64,000 bases of DNA from Eledone cirrhosa (lineage: Eukaryota), in contig OZ024741.1 in the NCBI GenBank assembly GCA_964016885.1, positions 61,132,001-61,196,000 on the forward strand. Direction: 5' to 3'. Positions 41,308-54,713 of this stretch are shown piece after piece. Within the stretch, counting starts at the first letter, position 1; every line of letters starts with the position of its first letter. The notes under the pieces are model-generated. The model saw nothing but the letters and a program-made list of their open reading frames with translations. It was not told the DNA's origin and ran no database searches. The translations under genes were made by a program, and so were the position numbers.

Positions 41308-42221
41308 CTCTTGAAGATGACACTGGGTTGGAATCAAGAGCAAATCAGATGGCAATGTTAGACAGAGTGAGTTGGAGGAGGAACTTCGTCATGGAAACGG
41401 TAACGGGGATGGGGAAGAAGAAGAAGAAGAAGAAGAAGAAGAAGAAGAAGAAGAAGAAGAAGAAGAAGAAGAAGAAGAAGAAGAAGAAGAAGAAGAAGAA
41501 GAAGGGGGAGGTGTGGTAGTAATAATAGGGTTGTGGTAAAGAAGGAAGTGAAAGACGAAGGGGGGTTAGAGGAAGCAGAAGTGGACGACGGGGAGGTGTC
41601 GTAGTAATAATATCACTATTAATAGTAATAAAGGAAGCTGTCCATGAGACTGACGTAAACGGCAGAGTGACCTTAAAGTTGACTGAGAGAGTAATTGTTT
41701 CTAAATATATCTATCTTTCTTAGTATTTCTGTAGGTAATACTGGCATTCTTAATTTGGTCATTGGTGTTAAAAATTGACCTGAAGTGTGCAGGTCATTGA
41801 CCTTTACGACTATTAATAGTGATACTATTACTACCACACCTCCCCCTTTCTTTTCTTCTCCTTTTTCGTCTTCTTCTCCCTCTTCTTCTTCTTCTCACCT
41901 TCCCCTCCTCCCCTCCTTCTCATATTCCTCCTCTTCTCCCCTTCCTCCTCTTCTCCCCTTCCTCCTCTTCTCCCCTTCCTCTTCTTCTCCTAATTCTTCT
42001 TCTTCTTCTTCTTCTTCTTCTTCTTCTTCTTCTTCTTCTCCTCCCCTTCTCCCCCTCTACTACTATCATTACTTCTACTGCAGTTGAGGTCAACACCAGT
42101 CGGAAAAGAACAGAGGACGAGCTGCCTTCTAAACCAAGTTCTCCTCCCTCTGCTACTACCACTACCACTACTGCAGTTATAGCCAACACCCGTAAGACAC
42201 AGAGAGAGAGAGAGAGAGAGG

Positions 42222-42285
<64 letters not shown>

Positions 42286-42765
42286 AAAACGTATATGTGA
42301 ACTCATTTTTATGTATGTAAACCATGGTCTCTAGCACCATCTTCTTATTAATATACACCTTATACATTTTATTATACACTTCTAATCACTTTCCAATAGC
42401 ACGAGGAAGCATAACAATTTTTTGGCTGAAACCGGTACGATAAAATCCTTTTTTGTATAGAAATGTTTTGCTGTTATTCTATGAGAAAATCACATTAGCA
42501 TTTTCTACTGGTTTTTCTTATTTTACTTATATATATATTGTTAAAATTGTTATATTTCTTTCATTGATATCAGCGTTCATAGGTTCTATTCAGGTATTGG
42601 TTTTTCTGTGAACATATCGGAATGTATTTGCTCTCGAACAAGTTCTCTTCGCTGGAGGCAAGGTCGAAATCATTTCGATGGCTTCTATGCTTTAAGCATT
42701 GTATTGATCTATAGCGCCATAATATATCTATATCTATCTATCTATATCTATCTATATATATATAC

Positions 42766-42928
<163 letters not shown>

Positions 42929-42933
42929 CATAC

Positions 42934-42966
<33 letters not shown>

Positions 42967-42967
42967 C

Positions 42968-43104
<137 letters not shown>

Positions 43105-43140
43105 CATACATATATATATATATGTGTATATATATATACT

Positions 43141-43187
<47 letters not shown>

Positions 43188-43259
43188 ATATATATATACA
43201 TACATATATATATATGTATATATATATACATATATATATATGTATATATATATACATAC

Positions 43260-43326
<67 letters not shown>

Positions 43327-43351
43327 TATATATGTATATACATACATATAT

Positions 43352-43384
<33 letters not shown>

Positions 43385-43499
43385 CATACATATATATATA
43401 TATATACATACATATACATACATACATATATATATATGTATATATATATACATACATACATATATATATATACATACATACATATATATATATACATAC

Positions 43500-43548
<49 letters not shown>

Positions 43549-43549
43549 C

Positions 43550-43586
<37 letters not shown>

Positions 43587-43639
43587 TGTATATACATATA
43601 TATATATATGTATATACATACATATATATATATATATAT

Positions 43640-43956
43640 GGAGGCACATGGCTTAGTGGTTAGAGCATTGGCCTTGCAATCGAAAGGTTGTGAGTTCAAT
43701 TCTCAGACCGGGTGATGTGTTGTTTCCTTGAGCAAGACACTTTATTTCACATTGCTCCAGTTTACTCAGCTGTAGAAATGAGATGATAAGGACTGGGGTC
43801 CCTATCATTCCACTGCAAAGTGGTCGTGGAGGTTGGTGTAAATGAGGTTGGTGTTAGGAAGGGCATCCAGCTGTAGAAATCAAGCCAGAATCAGTTCCCG
43901 TCCCACCCTTGCAAGCAGGGAAAAAGCGGACGTAAAATGAAATGATGATGATGATG

Positions 43957-43958
<2 letters not shown>
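43640..43958 (+). mobile_element. Full-length tRNA-derived SINE with RTE-derived 3' tail and (ATG)n end
   Basis: A box TGGCTTAGTGG, B box GAGTTCAATTC; its last ~43 nt nearly match the LINE 3' end at 46724-46765. Confidence 0.88.
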
Positions 43959-44017
<59 letters not shown>

Positions 44018-44180
44018 CATACATATATATATTATATGTATATATATATACATACATATATATATATATATGTATATATATATACATCATACATATATAT
44101 ATATATGTATATATATATAGATACATACATATATGTATATATATATACATACATACATATATATATATATGTATATATAT

Positions 44181-44223
<43 letters not shown>

Positions 44224-44240
44224 CATACATATATATATAT

Positions 44241-45844
44241 TTTAGGAACCTACTAGGAGAGTCACCCTCCACAGCCCTGAGCACTGGGGAGATCAGGCGG
44301 CTGTTTGAGGAACTGGATGTTGAGACAGAGCCCTTCACCAGAGAGGAGCTTCAGAGAGCCAAGAAGAGGATCAAGGAGGGCAAGGCTCGTGGAGAAGATG
44401 GAGTGGCATCAGAGGTGATGAAGAAGTGTGATTTTGATGATATCATCCTGGTGTTCTGTAACGGGCACTGGAGAAAGGAGTTGCCCCGAATCAGTGGAGG
44501 ATCAGTAACATCGCCCCAGTGCCAAAGAAGGGAGATCTCTCTAAAACCAACAACTTCCGGGGGATCTCACTCACGTCACTTGTGGCAAAGACCCACAACA
44601 GGATGATTCTTAACAGGATCCAGCCTGAGATGGAGAAGAAGCTCAGGGACAACCAGAACGGCTTCAGAGAGGGTAGATCAACCACCAGTCACATCCTGAT
44701 GCTGAGGAGGATATTAGAGGGAGCTAGAGCAAAGTGCCTTCCTGCGGTCATGGTTTTTATTGACTTTAGGAAGGCCTTTGATTCTGTGGACCGTTACTGC
44801 CTGATGAAGATCTTACAGGCTTATGGAATCTCCAAGAAGATAGTGGACCTGATATCACTGCTCTACACCAACACCAAAGCCCAAGTCATTACACCTGATG
44901 GGATGACAGAGTTCTTTGAGATACTGGCTGGAGTGCTCCAGGGAGATACATTGGCTCCCTACCTTTTTATCATCGTAGTGGACTATTGTATGCGCCTTGC
45001 ACTGGAGAAACTCCAGGACTCTGGATTTACTGTAGCACCGGCTCAGAGCAGGAGAGTTAGGGTGAAAAAGGTATTGGATGCTGAATTTGCCAACGACATA
45101 GTTTTGGTGACAAATACAGTGAAGGAGGCAGAGGATTTGATGCGGGAGGTTGAGACTGTGTCGATGAGTGTGGGGCTGAGAATGAATGAGACTAAAACAA
45201 AATATCTGGTAGAGAATGTTGAGAAGCCAGAGGAGATCACTAATGTAGGCGGGAAGCCGCTGGAATTGGTTGAGGACTTTATGTATTTGAGAGCAAAGAT
45301 TGGGAATACGGAAGATGATGTGGTTGAGAGGAAGAGCAAGGCCTGAGCGGCGTGCCACAGCTTGAGATCGGTGTGGAAGTCGGACCTTCGTAGAGACCTG
45401 AAATTCCGCCTCTTCATTGCTGTAGTGGAGTCTGTGCTGCTGTATGGGTCTGAGACTTGGACACTGACCAAGAAACTCACTCAGATGGTGGATGGGTGCT
45501 ACACGATAATGCTGAGGATGGCTCTGAACATTAATCAGTATACACCGAGGATGAAAAACTCAGAGCTGTATGGGAGCATCCCAAAAGTCAGCTCAAAAGT
45601 GACGCAGAGGAGACTGAGGTTAGCTGGACATGCTCACCGACATCCAGAGTTGACATTGCACTCAGTGATCCTTTGGGAGCCGCTACATGGACACACTAGA
45701 AGGGGAAACCCAAGGTTAACGTATGTTGATGCCCTAAGGACAGACACTGGTCTGTTGGAGACGCAGGACATGGCAGCGATAATGAGGGACAAAGACCGCT
45801 GGAGAGAACTCGTCCATGGATCTCGGGAATTTTACCCGCCTTAG
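44241..45844 (+). mobile_element. 5'-truncated RTE LINE (RT and C-terminus), (TA)n-flanked
   Basis: NFRGISL, QNGFREGRST, FIDFRKAFDSV, GVLQGDTLAPYLF, FAND (YADD position); one frameshift near 44470 and a TGA at 45344. Confidence 0.92.
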
Positions 45845-45880
45845 ATATATATATATATATATATATATACATACATACAC

Positions 45881-45921
<41 letters not shown>

Positions 45922-46455
45922 TACATACACACATATATATATATATGTGTGGCAGGAGGGATGAAGAAAAAACACAAACTGGATACTTCTAAATTGTTAG
46001 CAGCAGCAAGATATAAGCTGACCACAACACCAACAACACTACCAAAATAATGGTAGAGGTCAAATGTACTGAACAATAGCAGGCAAAAACACTACAGGGA
46101 GCCTCACCCCAGAAAGAATTCTACAGACTTCTGACTGAGGAATTCTCTCAGAACTGACCAATGGGAAGTTTGACACTTTTTTGTTATTTTGTTCCTTTAA
46201 CACCCTGTCCCTTCTACCATTTTATCAATTTTTAAGTTAACTCCGACAATAACAACACTTAGAATGAGGAATGTTCTAATAACTGACCAATGAAAAGAGA
46301 AGAGGACCTTTGACACTGAAATTCGTTTGTTTGAATTCATATGACTCCAGTTCCTCAGTGAAATAACAACCCAACAAGGAACTGGGCATATCAGAGTATT
46401 GACAATATTATACACCTAAACAACATATGTACTTGTCTATACCATACTAATTCAA

Positions 46456-46510
46456 ACTGCCTGAAGAGGTCACAGCCAAAGATGGCTGTCACTGAAATAT
46501 ATATAGCAGT
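46456..46510 (+). ncRNA. Type I hammerhead in a pLTR-like island (45945-46570) between (TA)n tracts
   Basis: ACTGC-CTGAAGA-GGTCACAGCCA..TGGCTGTCACT-GAAA-TATATA-TA-GCAGT. Confidence 0.85.
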
Positions 46511-46604
46511 AAAATAAACGAAGCTAAATTTTAATCATTTGACTTTATTTTATATATATTTAACTTTACTTTATATATATATATGTATATATATGCATAC
46601 ATGC

Positions 46605-46705
<101 letters not shown>

Positions 46706-46712
46706 CATATAT

Positions 46713-48836
46713 ATCATCATCATCATTTTACGTCCGCTTTTCCCTGCTTGCAACGGTGGGACGGGTCTTATTCAGCACAGCATCTCTCCACTCGTCACGG
46801 TCCCTCGTCATCTCCACCGTGAGCTTCAATGATCTGAGGTCTGTTCTCACCACCTCCGCCCATGTTTTTTGTGGTCTACCTCTACCACGTCTTCCTTCAA
46901 CTGGCATTTCCTGGCACTTCTTCACCCATCGGTCATCCTCCATGCGCATCACATGTCCATACCACCTCAGTCTCCTCTCCCGTACACTACATTCTATCCC
47001 TCTCAGATACAGTTTCTCTCTCAACACATTTATGCTGGGTCGTTCACGCACATTTACACTGCACATCCAACGGAGCATGCTTGCCTCATTTCTCTCCAGC
47101 CGTCGCATATCCTCTGCGGTTGCTGCCCATGTCTCACTACCATGCAGCATCGCGCTCCTCACACAGGCATCATACAACCGGCCTTTCGTACGCAGGGAGA
47201 AACCCTTCTTCGTCAACAGAGGAAGCAGCTCCCTAAACTTCTTCCAACCCGTCCTTATTCTAGATTCTATGGCCTCGGAACACCCTCCTCCCATGTTAAT
47301 CTGATCTCCTAGGTACCGGAAGCTATCCACCACTTCTATAGCGCCCTCTCGCATTTGAAAAATGTGTCTATCAGTGCGACTTCTACTGTCTAATTTCCCT
47401 GTACATCTACTGCATACATATTTCTCCCTACCTGTTAGTTTTCCTGCTATCCCGCTACATCTCTTGTGTACCCAGGACCTGCATTGTGTGCATTTTATAG
47501 AATTTATGCCAGTTCCTTTTCTGCATATCGAACATGGCCATTTCCCTGACGGAATCAGGGTTTTGTCCTCTTTTCTACTCATCAACACTTTTGTCTTAGC
47601 TAGATTTACTCTCAGTCCTCTTGCTTCCAACTGCTATTTCCATAGCCGGAATTTATTCTCTAGCTCCTCTACTGATTCTGCTATAAGAGCCAGATCGTCA
47701 GCATAGAGAAGTTCCCATGGACAGCCAGTCTTAAACTCCTCTGTTATGGCTTGGAGGACTATAATGAACAAGAGTGGGCTGAGGACCGAACCCTGATGTA
47801 CTCCTACTTGTATCTGGAATTTCTCACTAAACTCCATTCCTACCCTGACTTTACTGAGAGTACCTCTGTACAAAGTTTGCACTGTCCTCACAAGCCATTC
47901 CTCAACACCTAGCTTCCTTAGGGACCACCAGATGACAGATCGGGGTACCCTATCAAAGGCCTTCTCTAGGTCAACAAAGGCTAAGTATAGTGGCTTATTC
48001 TTCTCTAAGAACCTCTCTTGCATTTGTCTCACCAAGAAGAGGGCATCTGTTGTACTCTTCCCAGCCACAAAACCAAACTGCATCTCATCTAGTTTGACCC
48101 TTTCTCTAATTAGTTGCGCTAAAATCCTTTCTGCCACTTTCATAACCTGATCTATCAGTTTTATACCCCCATAGATGCTCCTCTCCAAAGCATCCCCTTT
48201 ACCTTTGTAGCAATTTATGAGAATACTGCTGCACCAGTCTTTGGGTATGACACCACCATATATAGCCTGATTGATGATGCGTGCAACCAGTTTAGTGCCT
48301 ACGTCCCCTGATGCCTTCAGCATCTCAGCAACTATTCCCGATGGTCCGGCCGCCTTACCATTTTTCATTTCCCTAATCGCCTCTTGGACCCTATATTCGT
48401 CAATCTCAATAGCTGGTCCCTCTGTCGGATCTACCAAGGGTAATTTCTCTCTCTCCCATTCGTTCTCCACATTCATCAGTCTCTCATAATGACATTTCCA
48501 GGCCGCCTTTTTCTGGTCATTCGTGACACTAAGTACACCGGCATCATCCCGGACACATTTATCTCCAACAACATCCTGATTTGCATTGACACACTGCCTT
48601 GCAATGTGGAACACCGCACGCCTCTGATCTTCCTGTCGCAGAACATTGGTAAACCTCCTTCTCTCTGTCTCCCTGCGTGCTAAGTACACCTGACGTCTAG
48701 CTTCTCTCTTAGTGGCTGTATATTCTTCCCTACTCCCACCCTTTTTCCAAGCCTTCCATGCTAGTCTTTTGTCTCTAATAGCCTTATCTACTGTGCTGTT
48801 CCACCACCAGGTCACTCTCTGTCTGGTTGGAGCTCA
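46713..48836 (-). mobile_element. 5'-truncated RTE LINE with PHD-like finger after the RT core; (ATG)n tail
   Basis: FVDLEKAFDRV, GVHQGSVLSPLLF, LLYADD; one in-frame TAG at 47634; then CSIC..CTQC..WVHKRC..CSRC; FRYLG; MLHGSETW. Confidence 0.93.
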
Positions 48837-48837
48837 T

Positions 48838-49012
<175 letters not shown>

Positions 49013-49014
49013 CG

Positions 49015-49050
<36 letters not shown>

Positions 49051-49069
49051 CATACATATATATATATAT

Positions 49070-49319
49070 ATAACGGAGGAAATGTGGTAAGGAACCAGAT
49101 GGACCATAACGCACCAAAGTACTCAATACTTAGGGTAGTAGAGTGGGTAATAGGAACGAGTAGGACCCCGACGGCTGAGCTCAAGCAGTTTCGAGGGCTA
49201 ATTCTGGACTTTCGACGGCTAATTCTGGACTTTCGACGGCTAATTATGAACTTTCGGCGGCTAATTCCAGAATTAGCCGTCGAAACGGCTTGAGCTCAGC
49301 CGTCGGGGTCCTACTCGTT

Positions 49320-49324
<5 letters not shown>
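49070..49324 (+). mobile_element. Family A hairpin element with tandem 21-bp repeats at the hairpin centre
   Basis: Family A tail and arms; TTTCGACGGCTAATTCTGGAC about 3.7 times. Confidence 0.85.
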
Positions 49325-49390
<66 letters not shown>

Positions 49391-49559
49391 ATATATATAT
49401 ATACATATATATGTAAAAAAATGTATATATACATCATATATATATATGTATATATATATACATACATATATATATATATGTATATATATATACATACATA
49501 CTTATATATATATATATGTATATATATACATACATATATATATATATATGTATATATAT

Positions 49560-49608
<49 letters not shown>

Positions 49609-49642
49609 CATACATACATATATATATATATATATGAGAGAC

Positions 49643-49689
<47 letters not shown>

Positions 49690-49980
49690 TGGTGGCTGCC
49701 AACTCGTTTTCGAGTACGGCCACTATTTTATATCCATGTAGGAGAACCCCTACCGATGCGCTGAACGAATGTGACTTTTTAGTCCAGCCAGCGACTTGAA
49801 AACTCTGGTACAAACACTACACCTGTGACCATTATTGACACATAGTGCAGGGCCCATGGTACCATGTGATGACAAGTGCAGAGAGTTCTCCAGATATAAA
49901 GCAATGCCTGTGCTGTGAAGCTTTTATAGTGAGATATATATAGACATACATACATACATACATATATATATATATACATA

Positions 49981-50065
<85 letters not shown>

Positions 50066-50161
50066 GCATATATATATATATATATATACATACATACATA
50101 TATATATATGTATATATATATACATACATACTTTTATGTATATACATACATACATATATAC

Positions 50162-50298
<137 letters not shown>

Positions 50299-50361
50299 CA
50301 TACATATATATATATATGTATATATATATACATACAAACATATATATATGTGTATATATAT

Positions 50362-50458
<97 letters not shown>

Positions 50459-50499
50459 CATACATACATATATATGTATTTATATATATATGTATATAT

Positions 50500-52886
50500 A
50501 ACTTTGAATAACTTTGAAATGTTTTGGCCAGTATTGCATGTGCGACCATTTTTCTTACCTGATCATTGTCAAGATGTCCCCAGATGTATGTGACAGTACA
50601 GAGGACCTCCTCAGCGGAATCAGTGAGTGCAACAAAAATAGGAGCCTATCCAACTGCATAATAGGCAGCATGGATGTGGTGTCACTGTACCCATCCATTA
50701 ACATTGATTTTGCTGTGAAAAGATGTGTGGAGATGATCATTGAGAGTGAGGTGGAGTTGTGCGACGTCGACACAGACGAACTGGGCCTCCTACTTAGACT
50801 TACCTACGACACTGAATACCTAGACAGCCATGACCTTAGATGTTTCTGCCCTAGTAGACCTATAAGAGGTAGACCCCCCACCATAACCTCAATGGCAAAA
50901 AAGACTCCCATGGGAAGGTGGATTGGGTGGACCAAAGCTATACGGACCCCCCAAAACAATGATCAGGTAAGAAAAATGGTCGCACATGCAATAGGGGCTA
51001 GTATCAAAACTACCCTAAAGGGCCACATATTTAAGTTTAACGAGATCTAAACCCAAAATGAGGGAGCAGCCATCGGCGTCAGCATAGCTGGTGATGTTGC
51101 CAACCTTTTCATGGTATGGTGGGAAAGGAGACTTAAAGATCTCCTTAATGAGAGCACCATAGACCTCGTTACGTAGACGATATCAGTATAGTTATAATAA
51201 CACCCCCACTAGAGAGCACTAACAAGTTTGATTTAGAACGTAGCATGATGGAAAGAATCCAGCAGATAGCTAATTCCATACACCAGAGTATAACTGTAAC
51301 TATCGACTTCCCTTCCAAACACCCTAACAATAGACTACCTGTATTAGACACAGAACTCTGGATTAACACTATAGACGAGAGAGCCCAAATTCTCCACTCA
51401 CACTATGCTAAACCCATGGCCTCCAAATACCTGATACTCAAAAACTCAGCAATGTCCAGTAGTGCTAAGTTTAATATTCTGATCGCAGATTTGGTACGTG
51501 TGATGAAGAATGTGTCCAGCATGTGCGACCCAACAGAAATGGAAAGACACATCCAACACTTCATCAATCGCATGCAGTTCTCTGGCTACAACCAAAGAGA
51601 CAGAGTCAGAGTATACGAAGGAGCCATGGAAAAGTATAAGACCCTCATAGAACTAGACATGAAAGGAATTTGCCCATTATACAGGAGCAAATCATGGAAT
51701 ATCTTAGATAGGGCTAGACATAAGATAGGGAAAGCCACCTCATGGTACGACAACCAGAGATACCAGAGTGTCATGTATGTGGACGCTACCCCTGGAGGGA
51801 AATTAGCTAACCAGTGTAGAAAGGCCCTGAGAAAGACCCACTTAAAAATAAAGGTGGTAGAAAAGCCAGGAACCACCATAAAATCCCTGATCAACAAAAC
51901 CTACCCTTTTAAGAAAACCCACTGTACCAATAGGAAATGTATCATATGTAAGGTGAACCCCCGGATAAACTGTAAAACTAGAAACGTAGTCTATAGCATA
52001 AGATGTACAGAGGGTACTTGCAGAAACATGACAACAACATACATAGGTGAGACAGCTCGTAGCATAGGTGAAAGGATAGACCAACACTGGGGGGAACTGA
52101 AAGGACGAACAAACGGGTCAGTACTATACGAACATGCTAGACAACAACATGACGGTAACATAGACAACATAGAAATTAGAATAATATCTAAACATAGAAA
52201 TGACCCAGCAGGTAGGCAAATCAGAGAGGCCAGTGAAATAGAAATTAGAAGACCAAGGCTAAACAGAAAGAATGAATGGAATAACAACAACACCCAAACA
52301 AACAACACTGACCTAAGAGAAGTATAAATAAGTAAATAAAATAAAATAAATAAATAAATAAATAAATAAATAAATACATACACAAGCACAATAACAACAA
52401 GCACATAAACACACACTAGTCACCCATCACAGAAGCAAACAAAACACTATACACACACGCAAACGCATGCGCAAAGAAGACAAAATAAAAGAAACAAACA
52501 AGCAAATAAATAAATAAATATATAGACAGACTGAATAAAAATGGCGTAGACATACAATACAACAGAAGGAAAATATAACACCACTGACGATGTTACAGAT
52601 GTGCACGAAAGATTTATGATAAACTATATATATGTGTTTGTGTCTATATTGTATCTGTATTATTTTTGACCGTCGGTCAGTCAATGGCAACATTGAGGAC
52701 CGAGTAAGTTAGATTACCGATATAAAAGACACAGAAGCGAGAAGCGAAAACCAAACAAACAGTGAGTGTGTTCTGTTATTAATTCTGGCAATATTACACA
52801 AATATGACCCTCCCCAAGTATAACAATATTTGTTTCGACACACGATTTCATATTAGAAAACCTCGCAAAACTAATTCATCGCCGCT
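50500..52886 (+). mobile_element. 5'-truncated Penelope-like element (Naiad-like RT plus GIY-YIG), (TA)n-flanked
   Basis: GSMDVVSLYPSI, EGAAIGVSIAG, RYVDD, LPVLDTELW, Cys-rich linker, NVVYSIRC..YIGETARSIGERIDQH; stop at 51048 and a deletion near 51165. Confidence 0.9.
52580..52620 (+). ncRNA. Minimal hammerhead in the PLE 3' region (weak helix I)
   Basis: ACCA-CTGACGA-TGT..GCA-C-GAAA-GATT-TA-TGAT. Confidence 0.55.
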
Positions 52887-52994
52887 ATATATATATATAT
52901 ATATATATATACATACATACATACACATATATATATGTATATATATATACATACATATGTATATATATGTATATATATATATATATATACATAC

Positions 52995-53187
<193 letters not shown>

Positions 53188-53206
53188 CATATATATGTAT
53201 GTATAT

Positions 53207-53275
<69 letters not shown>

Positions 53276-53476
53276 CATACATATATATATATATTTATAT
53301 ATATATATATATTTATATATTTATATTTATATATATATATATATATTAATATATTTATAAGAGGAATTCCAACTTTGTCTGATTTACTCGTTTTATTTAC
53401 AATCCTTTAAAATGTATAATGGTATTATAATGAAATAGTATGATAGAATATTAAATGTTAAATGTTAAGTGTTAAT

Positions 53477-53515
53477 TGAACAAGTACTTTCATGCTTTCA
53501 CAATCTTCAGGTTCA
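53477..53515 (-). ncRNA. Minimal hammerhead (left arm)
   Basis: Minus strand: TGAAC-CTGAAGA-TTGT gaaa GCAT-GAAA-GTAC-TT-GTTCA. Confidence 0.75.
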
Positions 53516-54083
53516 TAATCTGTGGTGACAGTCAAATTTGCAATTTTCATCTGTAATGAGATGGGTTAATGTTGTACCTTAAATACAGTGAAAAGTGGCT
53601 CCTGAATGCTAAATCTTGCAAACTGTATTTCGACCAATCGGTGTGTAGTTTCACTGAATTACTAAAGCTGATTGGTTTAGGCGTCACGGTTGGTTGAGCA
53701 TCTCTAACGACCACTAATTGATCCTATCCAAAGCATCAATTGTTTTGCTATTTTTAGAAATGATGAAAATAGCATTTTCTAGTAATCATCACCATCAACA
53801 TCACTTTTATTATTATTATTGTTGTTGTTGTTGTTGTCAGTAGTCGTAGTCGGCATGGTCGTAGTCATAGTCATAGTAGAAGTAGTGGTCGTTAGACATG
53901 CTCGACCAACCGTGACGCCTAAACCAATCAGCTTTAGTAATTCAGTGAAACTACACACCGATTGGTCGAAATACAGTTTGCAAGATTTAGCATTCTGGAG
54001 CCACTTTTCACTGTATATAAGGTACAATATTTACCCATCTCATTACAGTTGAAAATTGCAAACTTGACTGTCACCACACATTA

Positions 54084-54122
54084 TGAACCTGAAGATTGCG
54101 AAAGCATGAAAGTACTTGTTCA
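54084..54122 (+). ncRNA. Minimal hammerhead (right arm)
   Basis: TGAAC-CTGAAGA-TTGC gaaa GCAT-GAAA-GTAC-TT-GTTCA. Confidence 0.8.
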
Positions 54123-54363
54123 ATTAACACTTAACATTTAACATTTATTTCGTTTCTGAATTTGTTTAGCAAGATTCTTTATCTGAAATCGTGTGTTGAA
54201 ACCGATATTGTTATACTTTGGGAGGGTCATGTTGCCAATAAGAAACACACGCACCAGTTGCTTTCACTTCAATTTAATTTATTATATATTTATAAATTTA
54301 CAAATTTATAAATTTCTGGTTGGTTGGTTGGTTCCACAACCAGATAGTTGTTTATATATATAT

Positions 54364-54408
54364 AGTCATAGTTCTTTCGTCACACACTCTGTGACCTCTT
54401 CAGTGACT
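54364..54408 (-). ncRNA. Hammerhead in the 3' pLTR
   Basis: Reverse complement of 58709-58753. Confidence 0.82.
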
Positions 54409-54713
54409 GGGGATTTCTTTCTTCGTTTCTGTGCCTTTCCTTTCTTCTATCCTACGCCATTTTGTTTGTGTGTGGGTTGCGTGCTCAGTTTGCGCATGCG
54501 CCACATCCGGGTGTCTGTGTGTGTTTGTGTTCATTTTTCTATTTTTCTATTTATATTTTTCTATTTGTTTGTTTATTTATTTATTTATTGTTGGTTGGTT
54601 GTTTGTTCTATGTGTGTGTGTGTATTCATTTTGTATTGTGTGTGTTTTCATTTTGTGTGTGTTTTCAATTGTAAGTTGTTTGTTCTATGTGTGTGTGTGT
54701 TTTCATTTTGTCC

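Larger units (their letters stand above)
38255..41503 (+). mobile_element. Decayed RTE LINE interrupted by a hAT transposon; (GAA)n tail
   Basis: FIDFKKAFDS, GALQRDPLASFLF, DDFLYLGS, LFIAVVESIL; reading KPTITLKVA|LEDDTGLE continues across the hAT; (GAA)n at 41414-41503. Confidence 0.8.

Noticed and set aside
42396-42441. GAAACCGGTA hammerhead-like half
   Set aside because: The 5' core and helix I are too degenerate to call.
43640-43712. tRNA gene
   Set aside because: It is a SINE head continuing into a SINE body and LINE-derived tail, with no proper cloverleaf.
49188-49290. CRISPR-like array
   Set aside because: Repeats are contiguous with no spacers, and the context is eukaryotic with no cas genes.
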